Shown here: positions 1 to 9,068 of the stretch, one piece after another
How the letters are laid out: every line of letters begins with the position of its first letter
Position numbering within the stretch: position 1 is the first letter of the stretch
From: an uncultured bacterium
GTDB taxonomy: Bacteria; Patescibacteriota; Minisyncoccia; Moranbacterales; UBA2206
Assembly (NCBI GenBank): GCA_903842445.1
Contig: CAIMLT010000077.1
Coordinates: 1 to 44,287 of the forward strand
Reading direction: 5' to 3'
DNA length: 44,287 bases
Position numbers and translations under genes: made by a program
The notes under the pieces: model-generated
What the model was told of the DNA's origin: nothing
The model's input: only the letters and a program-made list of their open reading frames with translations
Databases searched by the model: none

Positions 1-61
1 AATAGTGGGCGCAGAAGTTGAGGTGAAAGCTGGCAATTATTTTTTTAGGAAATAAATTTAG

Positions 62-91
62 CAATAACAATAACAATAACAATAACAATAA
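62..91 (+). repeat. Hexanucleotide microsatellite (CAATAA)5 ending 2 nt before the ATG at 94
   Basis: Five perfect CAATAA copies at 62-91. Confidence 0.9.
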
Positions 92-93
92 AA

Positions 94-681
94 ATGAAAA
101 CAAAAAAACAAGCTGTAAAACAAAAAATAATCGCTACCACAGTGGTCCTTTTCATGTTGTTCATGATGTTTGGTTCACTGAAATTGCCAGGAGCTTTGGC
201 AACAACGACAACCACCAATCTGATTCAAAATATGGTTTCCGGATCATTTGGTCACTCAGCGATGACTAACGTAGTCTTTTCCGACATCACAGTTGGAACG
301 GCGGTCAATTCATTGGGCAATATGGTTCAGACAAACATGTGGGACTTGCGCGGTTCCGGAGTGGGCTGGAGCGTGTCCGGTCAATTGAATAATCTTTATG
401 TTACTAACGCTGCCGGGGGAATAAATTGGGTAAATAATTCAGAAATTGCTTGGGATCCAGCAGCGGGGACGATTATTGCTGTTTCTGGTGTTACAACTTC
501 AATGACCAAAGGTGCGGCTCAATTTTTTGGTGCTGCCGCCAGAGCGCTGGTTACCGCTCCGGCTGGATTTGGAATGGGAAACTATCGAATTAATAACGTG
601 ATGTTTAACATCGTTTATAACGGAAGAACTGATCAAGTTGTTGCTCCTTATGTGGCTATTTTAATATTAACTTCAGCTTAA
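94..681 (+). CDS. Secreted WxL-domain-like surface protein, copy 1
   Basis: Lys-rich N-terminus, hydrophobic core and ALA cleavage site; WxL-type motif DLRGSGVGWSVSG; APAGxGMG motif and C-terminal YVAILILT strand; DUF916 partner gene at 16386. Confidence 0.7.
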   Translation: MKTKKQAVKQKIIATTVVLFMLFMMFGSLKLPGALATTTTTNLIQNMVSGSFGHSAMTNVVFSDITVGTAVNSLGNMVQTNMWDLRGSGVGWSVSGQLNNLYVTNAAGGINWVNNSEIAWDPAAGTIIAVSGVTTSMTKGAAQFFGAAARALVTAPAGFGMGNYRINNVMFNIVYNGRTDQVVAPYVAILILTSA

Positions 682-728
682 ATAATAAAAAAAATTAGCT
701 AATCTAGGAATTTAGTTTTTAAAATTTG

Positions 729-1316
729 ATGAAAACAAAAAAACAAGCTGTAAAACAAAAAATAATCGCTACCACAGTAGTCCTTTTCATGTTGTTCATG
801 ATGTTTGGTTCACTGAACTTGCCAGGAGCTTTGGCAACAACGACAACCACCAATCTGATTCAAAACTTTATTGCCGGATCATTCGGCCACTCGGCGATGA
901 CTAACGTGGTTTTCCCTGACATAACAGTTGGAACGGCGGTCAATTCATTGGGCAATATGGTTCAGACAAACATGTGGGACTTGCGCGGTTCCGGAGTGGG
1001 CTGGAGCGTGTCCGGTCAATTGAATAACCTATACGTTACCAATGGTGCTACGGGAATTAACTGGATAAATAATTCAGAAATTGCTTGGGATCCAACATCT
1101 GGATCACTTATGGCCACTTCCGGTGTTACAACTTCAATGACCAAAGGTGCGGCTCAATTTTTTGGTGCTGCCGCCAGAGCGCTGGTTACCGCTCCGGCTG
1201 GATCTGGAATGGGAAACTATCGAATTAATAACGTGGTGTTTAATATTGTCTATAATGGAAGAGTAGATCAAAAAGTTGCTCCTTATGTGGCTATTTTAAT
1301 ATTAACTTCAGCTTAA
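729..1316 (+). CDS. Secreted WxL-domain-like surface protein, copy 2 (tandem paralog)
   Basis: About 177/195 aa identical to 94..681 by manual count; ATG at 729 matches the paralog start and is preferred over TTG at 726. Confidence 0.7.
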   Translation: MKTKKQAVKQKIIATTVVLFMLFMMFGSLNLPGALATTTTTNLIQNFIAGSFGHSAMTNVVFPDITVGTAVNSLGNMVQTNMWDLRGSGVGWSVSGQLNNLYVTNGATGINWINNSEIAWDPTSGSLMATSGVTTSMTKGAAQFFGAAARALVTAPAGSGMGNYRINNVVFNIVYNGRVDQKVAPYVAILILTSA

Positions 1317-1338
1317 ATTGATTTAGATTTTTAAAGTT

Positions 1339-1380
1339 AAAGCTTTCTATCGCAGTTTACACTAGAAAGCTTTTTGTTTT
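1339..1380 (+). terminator. Intrinsic terminator after the WxL pair
   Basis: AAAGCTTTCTA (1339-1349) / TAGAAAGCTTT (1363-1373) perfect stem followed by TTGTTTT. Confidence 0.7.
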
Positions 1381-1407
1381 GCTTTAAAAAGGTATCTTTG
1401 TTATTAT
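1379..1407 (+). promoter_or_regulatory. Putative sigma70 promoter of the GT2 gene
   Basis: TTGCTT-N17-TATTAT with TGn extended -10. Confidence 0.4.
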
Positions 1408-1434
1408 TAAATTATTGTTTCATGATCTAAAAAA

Positions 1435-2142
1435 ATGAAAATAGCAGTAATAATTCCAACTTATAACGAACAGAAAAATATTGAAAAAATAATCAAGGCC
1501 GTTTTGGGTTTGAAAATTTCTGGATTAGAAATTATTATTGTCGATGACAATTCTCCAGATGGGACAGCAAAATTGGTGGAAACACTAAAAGAAAAAAATT
1601 CAATCGTGCACCTTATTTGGCGTCCGAAAAAAATGGGTTTAGGAACGGCATATATTGCTGGTTTCAAATATGCTTTAAAAAATGGGGCGGAATATATAAT
1701 GGAAATGGACGCGGATTTTTCTCACAACCCTCAAATGATCCCAGTCTTTTTGGAAAAAATCAAAAATAAGCAAGTTGTTATTGGCTCACGTTACAAAAAT
1801 GGTATTAGTATCGTGAATTGGCCATTGCACCGCTTAATACTTAGTCTGCTGGCTGGAAAATATGTCCGGTTAGTTACCGGGCTGAAGCTGTCTGATCCAA
1901 CCAGTGGTTTTAAGTGTTATACAAAAGAAGTGTTAGAAGCAATAAATTTGGATAAAGTAAAATCCAATGGATATTCTTTTCAAATTGAAATGAAATATCG
2001 TGCCTCAAAAAAAGGTTTTTCTATTGGAGAAATTCCAATTATTTTTATTGATCGTCATTCTGGCGTATCCAAGATTTCGAAAGCGATTATTCTTGAAGCT
2101 CTTATTATCGTTTGGAAGTTGCGCCTAGGACGAATAAAATGA
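1435..2142 (+). CDS. Polyprenol-monophosphosugar (mannose) synthase, DPM1/Ppm1-like GT2
   Basis: IIPTYNE, VDDNSPDGT, GLGTAY, EMDADFSH, D-TSGFK, GYSFQIEM and FIDR-SG-SK motifs. Confidence 0.9.
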   Translation: MKIAVIIPTYNEQKNIEKIIKAVLGLKISGLEIIIVDDNSPDGTAKLVETLKEKNSIVHLIWRPKKMGLGTAYIAGFKYALKNGAEYIMEMDADFSHNPQMIPVFLEKIKNKQVVIGSRYKNGISIVNWPLHRLILSLLAGKYVRLVTGLKLSDPTSGFKCYTKEVLEAINLDKVKSNGYSFQIEMKYRASKKGFSIGEIPIIFIDRHSGVSKISKAIILEALIIVWKLRLGRIK

Positions 2143-2146
2143 AATG

Positions 2147-3562
2147 TTAGACATCATAAGGATCAATATGTATTGCATAGTTTATGATATCGAATATGGT
2201 CATGCGATGAATGCGACTCATGTAGAAGCCATACATCGCTTGACCGGCTAGGTTGAAAAGAAAATTGGGCGGAAGTTTTATTAGTTTTTTGATTAAGGGA
2301 ATAGTCCAGGGCATCTTTACGCCAATGAAAAATAATTTTTGCAGGTTGAAGAACTGTTCTTTGTCGGGCAGTTGAATCGGTGAATAACGATAGATCCCGC
2401 CTTTAACGTCTTTGATGCTAAAGTCTTTTGCTAGAAAACCATTTTTTTTGGCATATTCGGTGATGTCATAATCAGGAAAAGGTTGAAGCAGGGAACAGGC
2501 AGTGAAGTCACTTTTTATTTTAGCATTCAACTCCATCGTGCCAAGAGCTTTCTCAATTGTCTCTTCAGGCAGACAAAGAATATTGTAAGTCTTGAGGAGA
2601 AGTTTGTATTTTTTGGCAATACCAGCCGCTTGTATTATTTGTTCATTAGAAATAAACTTGCCCAAAACTTTGCGTCTAATTTCTTCATCACCCGACTCAA
2701 TCCCCATTGAAATTCCATAGCAACAATTATCTTTAAGAAGTTTAACGATTTTTTCCGTGAGAAGATTGGCTGTAACATTACACATAAAAGGCAGGCCAAT
2801 CTTTTCTTTATAAAGTGGCAAGAACTCTTGTAGCCATTTGATGTCGGTAATGAAAACATCATCAGTAAAAGAAACTGTTTTGAGTCCATATTTGTTTTTC
2901 ACGTCAACAATTTCCGCTATGACGCCAGCAGGGCTGCGTCGTCGTAAAAAATTTCCTTGGTTTTTATAGATTTTTCGCAGAATATTATTAGCACAAAAAG
3001 TGCATTGAAACGGACAGCCACGACCGGAAAGGAATTGCTTGACGGAAACTCGGCGCAAAAAGTTGTATTTATAATAAATTGCTCGGTCTGGCAATGGTAG
3101 CTTATCAAGGTTGGCCGGCAGGCAGTCCATTTCATTTTTGATTATTTGGCCATCTTTTTTAAGCCAAAGATTCTTGATTTTTTCGATGCCTTTTCCTGCT
3201 TGCAAATTTTGCATCAGCTCCAAAATAGCATACTCGGCTTCTCCGCGAGCAATAATGTCAACGCCAGGGTCGTTGATAATATCGGGATAATATGTTGGAT
3301 GCGGTCCGCCTAAAACGACCAAAACTTTTGGCCATTTCTTTTTGATGGCGCGTCCAAGGCGCAGTGTCCAATCGTGTTGTCCAGTGAAACAAGAAATTCC
3401 AACTATATCAGGATCAAACTTTCTTATTGATTTGATGAGTTGTTTTTTTTCTTCTGTGGCCAAAAGCAAATCAACCTCAAAACCATTTTCTTTGAGAAGT
3501 GCCGAGATTATCATCGGTCCAGCTGCCGGAAAGGAATTTTTTTGGATGAAGAGAAATTTCAT
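2147..3562 (-). CDS. Cobalamin-binding-domain radical SAM protein #1
   Basis: N-terminal B12-binding Rossmann domain (GISC, GGPHPT, GEAE); GRGCPFQCTFC CxxxCxxC; FTDD; GIESG. Confidence 0.9.
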   Translation of the reverse strand: MKFLFIQKNSFPAAGPMIISALLKENGFEVDLLLATEEKKQLIKSIRKFDPDIVGISCFTGQHDWTLRLGRAIKKKWPKVLVVLGGPHPTYYPDIINDPGVDIIARGEAEYAILELMQNLQAGKGIEKIKNLWLKKDGQIIKNEMDCLPANLDKLPLPDRAIYYKYNFLRRVSVKQFLSGRGCPFQCTFCANNILRKIYKNQGNFLRRRSPAGVIAEIVDVKNKYGLKTVSFTDDVFITDIKWLQEFLPLYKEKIGLPFMCNVTANLLTEKIVKLLKDNCCYGISMGIESGDEEIRRKVLGKFISNEQIIQAAGIAKKYKLLLKTYNILCLPEETIEKALGTMELNAKIKSDFTACSLLQPFPDYDITEYAKKNGFLAKDFSIKDVKGGIYRYSPIQLPDKEQFFNLQKLFFIGVKMPWTIPLIKKLIKLPPNFLFNLAGQAMYGFYMSRIHRMTIFDIINYAIHIDPYDV

Positions 3563-5013
3563 TTGGCTAGTTTTTTCTTAATTAAATTTCCCAGATAAAT
3601 ATCAAGCGGAAAAGCATAGAAATCATGTTGGAAGCGAAAGCGTGCCAAGGGTCGATAGAGCTTGGCGCCGAGCTTTATAATCCAGGAACCAGCAATTCCT
3701 TCAGGCTTATTATCAACAAAAAACGAGGCAAATTGAACGGCTTCAACGCGTTTTCGCATATTGCCTTTGAGCCAAGGAATATTGATTTGATCGACACCGT
3801 AAGTTGACCATTCGAGTAGTTTTTTGGGAGCTTGGTATCCAAGCTTTATGGCTTCATCAAAAAGATCTGTGCCAGGATAGGGCGTGAAACAACCGATGCC
3901 AGAAATTTTGGTATTGGGATTTTCTCGCAAGAGTTGCATTGCAAGATGTATTGTCATTTTTTGTTCAATTTCTGTCTCTCCTGGAAAGCCTAACATGAAA
4001 TAGAACCAGGGCGAAATATTGTAGGGTTTTAGCTTTTTATTAACGGCTATAATTTGAGCGGTGGTTATTTTTTTTTCTGTCATTTCTAAAATTCGATTGG
4101 AACCAGATTCCGCTCCGATGTTAATTTGTTGACAGTTGCTTTTTTCGAGTAGTCTCAAATAGTCATCGTCCATTGCTAAAATTGAGTCGGCTCTAGCTCC
4201 TTGAATTTCCCATTTCATGTCGAGTTCAATGAGACCCTCAATTATTTTTCTGGCTCTTTCAAGATCAATAAAAAATTCATCATCAACAAACCAGACACCC
4301 TTGATGTCAAATTTTTTTTTAAGATTTTTTATTCTGGATAGAATCAAATCTGCATCGTAAGCTCGCCAACGGCGCAGATTGAAAGCCGGGTTATAGCAAA
4401 AGCGACAGTTAAACGGACAACCACGGGAAGTCTCCATGTCTAAGGTTGGAATGTTCCCTCTTTTCGGCAAGTATTTTTGTATATCTACTAAATGATAGGG
4501 AAGGTCTGGCATCTTATTTATATTAACCGCTTCACCTCGAGGATTTTTGATTATTTTTTCAGCTTGTTTGAAAAATATTCCACCAACTTGTTCGAGGGAA
4601 GTTTTATTTTTAAGCGCTCGAGCTAGCTCTAGAACGGTTATTTCACCGTCTCCATAAACAATAATGTCGATGTATTTCTCCGCCAAGCTTTGTTCAGGCA
4701 GAACGCTGGCAAGCGGCCCACCCCAAACAACTGGAATTTTTGGGTTTATTTTTTTAACGAACCAAGACGCGTGGCAAGCGAATTTTATTTGCGGTCCAAG
4801 CATTGCTGTAGTGCCAAAAAAAAGGACATCTTCAGTTAATTCCTTTCTGATTTCTTTTCGCCAATCAGTAACAAGTCTTTGATCAATAATTTTAACTTCA
4901 AACTCTTTTGGGAGTAACTTGGCAACACTGAGCAATGACAGAGGTAGCCCGGGAGAACTTTTGATGTTATCGAGTAGTCCGACAATCGGCTGAAAGAGAA
5001 TAATTTTTTTCAT
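3559..5013 (-). CDS. Cobalamin-binding-domain radical SAM protein #2
   Basis: PLSLL, WGGPLAS, GDGE; SRGCPFNCRFC; FVDDEF; GAESG; LGFPGET; PYPGT; 4-nt overlap with the next gene. Confidence 0.9.
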   Translation of the reverse strand: MKKIILFQPIVGLLDNIKSSPGLPLSLLSVAKLLPKEFEVKIIDQRLVTDWRKEIRKELTEDVLFFGTTAMLGPQIKFACHASWFVKKINPKIPVVWGGPLASVLPEQSLAEKYIDIIVYGDGEITVLELARALKNKTSLEQVGGIFFKQAEKIIKNPRGEAVNINKMPDLPYHLVDIQKYLPKRGNIPTLDMETSRGCPFNCRFCYNPAFNLRRWRAYDADLILSRIKNLKKKFDIKGVWFVDDEFFIDLERARKIIEGLIELDMKWEIQGARADSILAMDDDYLRLLEKSNCQQINIGAESGSNRILEMTEKKITTAQIIAVNKKLKPYNISPWFYFMLGFPGETEIEQKMTIHLAMQLLRENPNTKISGIGCFTPYPGTDLFDEAIKLGYQAPKKLLEWSTYGVDQINIPWLKGNMRKRVEAVQFASFFVDNKPEGIAGSWIIKLGAKLYRPLARFRFQHDFYAFPLDIYLGNLIKKKLAK

Positions 5014-5058
5014 AATTTCGTGATTAGGTCAATGTATGTGTTATCTGCAATTCAAGAG

Positions 5059-6429
5059 TTAGTTCTTGGTTATGCCCAAATAGGATAGACCAGCTTTGAG
5101 AAATGTTCCTGGCGAGATCCATGTGGCTTTTTTGGTTAAAAGTTTCCAAATTATTCTTGGACGGAGATAAAATTTGCGATAAGCTTTTTTCCACATTTTT
5201 TCGACTAACTTTTTTTTAAGCTCGCCGACTTCAAAATAACAAAGACCCCTAGTGTAGCCGTATAAATTCCAATCGTCAATGATAAACCGACCCTCTTTTT
5301 CAATTGTTTTAAAAAGGGGTGAGCCAGGCAGGGGAACAGCAATGGTAAAATGAGCAATATCCGGATTTAGTTCGCAAGCTAGCGCAATAGTTTCTTCCAT
5401 CGTTTTTTCATTTTCTCCGTAGTTTCCGAGCATGAAGTAGCCAATTGATTCAATGCCCAATTCCTTGCAGCTTCTAATGGCTGCTCGCACTTTTTTGAGA
5501 TCCAGACTTTTTCCAATCTTGGCAATCATTTCTTGTGAGCCAGCTTCAATGCCAAATCCAGTGCGAATGAATCCAGTTTCTTGCATCAATTTGAGAAGTT
5601 CCTTGTCAACACGATCCGCTCTTATGCCTTGTGCTGTGGTCCATTGAGTTTTTATTCCTCTTTCTTTGAGTAATCGGCAAATTTCTTTTACTCGACCGTA
5701 ATCAAGATTGAAGGTGTCATCTTCTATGCCAACCAGTTGGACATCAAATTTTTCATAAAGATATTGCCAAAGATCGACGACATACTTGGCGCTATGCGCT
5801 CGCCAATTTTGACCAAAAACCCCCTTGAAGCAATAATTGCAAAGATAGGGACAACCGCGCGAGGTAATAATCGTGAGTGTGCGCATTGGTTCGGTGATCA
5901 CTGGCTGTGGTGTGGTGTAGGCGCTCATATCCTCCAAGAGATGATAAGCTGGAAAGGGTAGTGTGTCGAGGTTTTGCAGAAGAGGTCTTTTGGCTTCATG
6001 GATTACTTCACCATTTTTCAGATGAGAGATTCCCAAGACACCAGAGATATTGGGCCATTTTTCAACTATTTCAGCGAAAGTTTCTTCTCCTTCTCCGATG
6101 CAAACAATATCCGCTCCATTCCGCAAAGATTCTTCTGGCAAAGCTGAAGGATGTGGGCCACCAATAATTACCGGAATGTTTCTTCGTTTAATGATTCTAG
6201 CTAAACGCCAAGCTTCTTTTATTATTGGTGTGGTGGCGGTGATTCCAACCATATTGATTCCTTTGAGTATTTGATTGACTGATTCATTTTTTGAACAAAC
6301 ATTAAAGTCGATAACACGAACTGCATGACCTTTTTTTTCCAAATAAGCGGCAATGAATAAAATTCCCAAAGGAGGAAGTTTTGGTTGGCGGTAGCTCTTT
6401 AGCTTTGGATGGATGAGAAGGATGTTCAT
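5059..6429 (-). CDS. Cobalamin-binding-domain radical SAM protein #3
   Basis: PPLGILFIAA, GGPHPSALP, GEGE; SRGCPYLCNYC; EDDTF; GIEAG; ATG at 6429 (MNILLIHP) preferred over TTG at 6459. Confidence 0.9.
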   Translation of the reverse strand: MNILLIHPKLKSYRQPKLPPLGILFIAAYLEKKGHAVRVIDFNVCSKNESVNQILKGINMVGITATTPIIKEAWRLARIIKRRNIPVIIGGPHPSALPEESLRNGADIVCIGEGEETFAEIVEKWPNISGVLGISHLKNGEVIHEAKRPLLQNLDTLPFPAYHLLEDMSAYTTPQPVITEPMRTLTIITSRGCPYLCNYCFKGVFGQNWRAHSAKYVVDLWQYLYEKFDVQLVGIEDDTFNLDYGRVKEICRLLKERGIKTQWTTAQGIRADRVDKELLKLMQETGFIRTGFGIEAGSQEMIAKIGKSLDLKKVRAAIRSCKELGIESIGYFMLGNYGENEKTMEETIALACELNPDIAHFTIAVPLPGSPLFKTIEKEGRFIIDDWNLYGYTRGLCYFEVGELKKKLVEKMWKKAYRKFYLRPRIIWKLLTKKATWISPGTFLKAGLSYLGITKN

Positions 6430-6477
6430 TGTTTTTTCAGATTTTAGCAGGCTTGCCAATTAATTTGTAAAACCATT

Positions 6478-6894
6478 TTACTTTTTAGAAAAACAATACA
6501 GCATATGAGATTTTTTTGGTCCTCTCCAAAAAAATTCTAAATGAATCAGGATTGAAAAAATAATTTTTGCCAAGAAAATAGCAGCCGAACCGTAGGATTT
6601 TTTTTCACTGGCGGATAGTGGCTTGGAACCCCAAGGCGGAGAATCGACAAAGCCCTTTTCCCAGATAATGATATCTTGTTCTTTTAGTTTTGAAATCAAT
6701 TCTTTTCCAGTCAGACCTCTTTTGGAGTGGGAATAGTTGGAAACAAGATAGAGTTCTCCGGCGGGAAATGTTTTTGAGAGTTTTTTTCGCAAGTGTTCCA
6801 CGGACATAATTTCATAGATTTCTCCCAAGCCCAACACTTCCGTCTGATAGGTTTCGGTTAGACTTATTTTTTTGATTGATTTATAGGAATCCAT
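6478..6894 (-). CDS. Hypothetical protein resembling the C-terminal half of a class I SAM methyltransferase
   Basis: Overlaps the epimerase stop inside the operon; VSN..H, GFVDSPPW and SHMLYCFSKK pattern; no glycine-rich SAM motif; start at 6894 or 6903. Confidence 0.55.
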   Translation of the reverse strand: MDSYKSIKKISLTETYQTEVLGLGEIYEIMSVEHLRKKLSKTFPAGELYLVSNYSHSKRGLTGKELISKLKEQDIIIWEKGFVDSPPWGSKPLSASEKKSYGSAAIFLAKIIFSILIHLEFFWRGPKKSHMLYCFSKK

Positions 6895-7828
6895 TTCTTG
6901 CATACCAGTCGATGGTTATTCTGATACCGTCGGCGAATTTTACTTGTGGCGTGAAATTAAATTCTGCTTGGGCTTTTTTGCCATCCAATGTCTTGGGTTT
7001 TGTCAGGATGTCAATGCGGTGATTTGTGATTAGCGGATCTTTTCGGAAAAAAAATGGTATTGGCCAAAAAAGTGTGGCCACTGATCTGGCTAGCCAAATG
7101 GGAATGTGAATTTTTGGTAACTTAACTTGCAGATTTCTGGCGATTAGTTCAGTGATTTCTTTGGTAGAAATTATTTCCGGACTGATGATTTCAAATGTTT
7201 GACCGTTTTGGGAAATAGTTGCGACTTTCAAAAAGGCGGTAATCAGATCACTGATATAGATGATGGGCATAATTTTTTCTCCTGAGCCCAGAAGAAAAAA
7301 CTTTTTTCGTTGGATCATCTGGCACAACTTAAGGAACATTGCGTTGATGTCTCCGGGGCCATAAACAATTGCCGGACGGAGAATAATTGTTTCAAAAGAT
7401 GTTTCTTTTAGCACCAGTTTTTCCGACTCGAGTTTGCTTTTGCCGTAGAGGTCATCTTGGAAATTATCGTCAGATATAGCGTTAATGCTACTGCAAAAGA
7501 TGAATTTTTTGATCCTTTGTCTGGATATTTCGAGCAGTTTTTGTGTGCCTAAGATGTTAATCTTTTGATAATCAGTTTCTTTTATGCCCAATTTTTGACC
7601 GGGAATGGCTCCTAGATGATAGACAATATCGATGTTTCTGTCAAAGACAGTCCGATAGGACTGTGGATTTTCCAGACAGCCTTCAATAGGAATAACTTTG
7701 GCATTGTCTAGTTTTTCAATTTTAATTTTATCTCTCGTGAGGACATAGACAAAATGCTCTTCTCTAATAAGGGCGCGAACTAAGTGTCTGCCGATGAATC
7801 CGGTGCCTCCAGTGACAAAAATGTTCAT
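6881..7828 (-). CDS. NAD-dependent epimerase/dehydratase (extended SDR)
   Basis: VTGGTGFIG, HLGA, NILGT, YGKSK catalytic YxxxK, LRPAIVYGPGD. Confidence 0.9.
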   Translation of the reverse strand: MNIFVTGGTGFIGRHLVRALIREEHFVYVLTRDKIKIEKLDNAKVIPIEGCLENPQSYRTVFDRNIDIVYHLGAIPGQKLGIKETDYQKINILGTQKLLEISRQRIKKFIFCSSINAISDDNFQDDLYGKSKLESEKLVLKETSFETIILRPAIVYGPGDINAMFLKLCQMIQRKKFFLLGSGEKIMPIIYISDLITAFLKVATISQNGQTFEIISPEIISTKEITELIARNLQVKLPKIHIPIWLARSVATLFWPIPFFFRKDPLITNHRIDILTKPKTLDGKKAQAEFNFTPQVKFADGIRITIDWYARNGFL

Positions 7829-8901
7829 TTAATTATTAGTTTATAAGCAATCTTAATTAATGTTTTTGGATCCATTAGCATACTGGTATAGCTGGCGGAA
7901 GCTAATGGACAATAACATTCCTTATTTTTAATACTTTTTCTTAAGCTTGCGGCTTTTTTGCCAAACCAAATTTTTTGAAAGTCATAATTTTCATCTCTTA
8001 AGTTTCCCATATTCTCTCCGCGTACACAGCAACTCCAAACTTCACCTTCGGCCGAGATTTGACCGGAAGCAAAGCCGGCGTAGCAGGGGATGATTTGCGT
8101 TTTTTTGTGTAAGACTTTTTTGGTTATCTCATAATAGTTGATGCGCAGAGCGCGGGTTATTTTGGAAAATCCGTGGGCTTTTTTATGTTCCATTTTTTCC
8201 AAAAGAAAATCAATTGCCTTGGCATATTCTTTTTCATCAGGAAATATCTTCAAATCTCTATTATCCAGCTCTGTTCTTTTTTCGGCAATCTCTGTGATGT
8301 AGGAATCAGGGTGCAAATTTTTTTCTACGAATTTATATATTTCCGGAAAATTTTCAAAGTTTAACTTGGAAACGACGGAATGGACGCCGATGGTAAGGCG
8401 GGGATTTTTGATTTTTTGCAAAGCGGTATAGCTTTGCATCAAATTTTTAAAACTGCCTTCCAGATTTCTGATTTTATCGTGTTTTTCTGCCAATCCATCG
8501 AGAGAAAAATTGATCACGACTTTTGAAGTCAGGCAATTTTGCAAAATCTTTTCAACAGCGGAAGGAATAATATCAACTAAAAATCCGTTTGTTGGGATGT
8601 TGATCACTTTTGGTTTTAGATAATTATAAGCAAGTCTTGCCAGTTCAGGCAAGTCTTTGTGGGCAAAAGGTTCTCCACCGCTCAAGATGAGCCAATAGAC
8701 AGGACTCCTGATACTTTTGAAAGTCTTTTTCCATTCTACTAGCGTGAATTCATCAGTTTTTTTTTGCCAAATATTGCAAGTCCGGCATCTTGATGGGCAA
8801 TGATAAGTAACATTGAGTGTGAGATTAAGTGGCAAGCGTTTCGGCCAGCCAAAAACACGGTAGGATTTATAGAGGGGAATTTTTGGGATGAGACTGATCA
8901 T
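7825..8901 (-). CDS. Radical SAM protein with SPASM/twitch domain
   Basis: TYHCPSRCRTC; LSGGEPF; TNG; SLDG...HDKIR; C-terminal CYAG...GEVWSCC...GNL...CYC. Confidence 0.9.
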   Translation of the reverse strand: MISLIPKIPLYKSYRVFGWPKRLPLNLTLNVTYHCPSRCRTCNIWQKKTDEFTLVEWKKTFKSIRSPVYWLILSGGEPFAHKDLPELARLAYNYLKPKVINIPTNGFLVDIIPSAVEKILQNCLTSKVVINFSLDGLAEKHDKIRNLEGSFKNLMQSYTALQKIKNPRLTIGVHSVVSKLNFENFPEIYKFVEKNLHPDSYITEIAEKRTELDNRDLKIFPDEKEYAKAIDFLLEKMEHKKAHGFSKITRALRINYYEITKKVLHKKTQIIPCYAGFASGQISAEGEVWSCCVRGENMGNLRDENYDFQKIWFGKKAASLRKSIKNKECYCPLASASYTSMLMDPKTLIKIAYKLIIK

Positions 8902-8925
8902 ATTCTATTATTTATATATTTATAC

Positions 8926-9068
8926 GACTTACGCCTACCCCAAAATAATCTTTAAAGCGTGTGGTTAGCTAATGTTTATTTTTGCTTATGCTAGACCCTG
9001 AAATAAGGGGAGTTTCCCCGGACTAGTACTGGCTATAGAAAAGCTTGCTTTTGGGGTAGGCGTAAGTC
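8926..9068. mobile_element. MITE-like 143-bp element with perfect 20-bp terminal inverted repeats
   Basis: GACTTACGCCTACCCCAAAA (8926-8945) and its exact reverse complement (9049-9068); non-coding interior; no clear target-site duplication. Confidence 0.7.

Noticed and set aside
94-1316. WxL pair as a DGR template/variable repeat
   Set aside because: Differences include many non-adenine and synonymous C/T changes, both copies are full genes, and no reverse transcriptase is in the window
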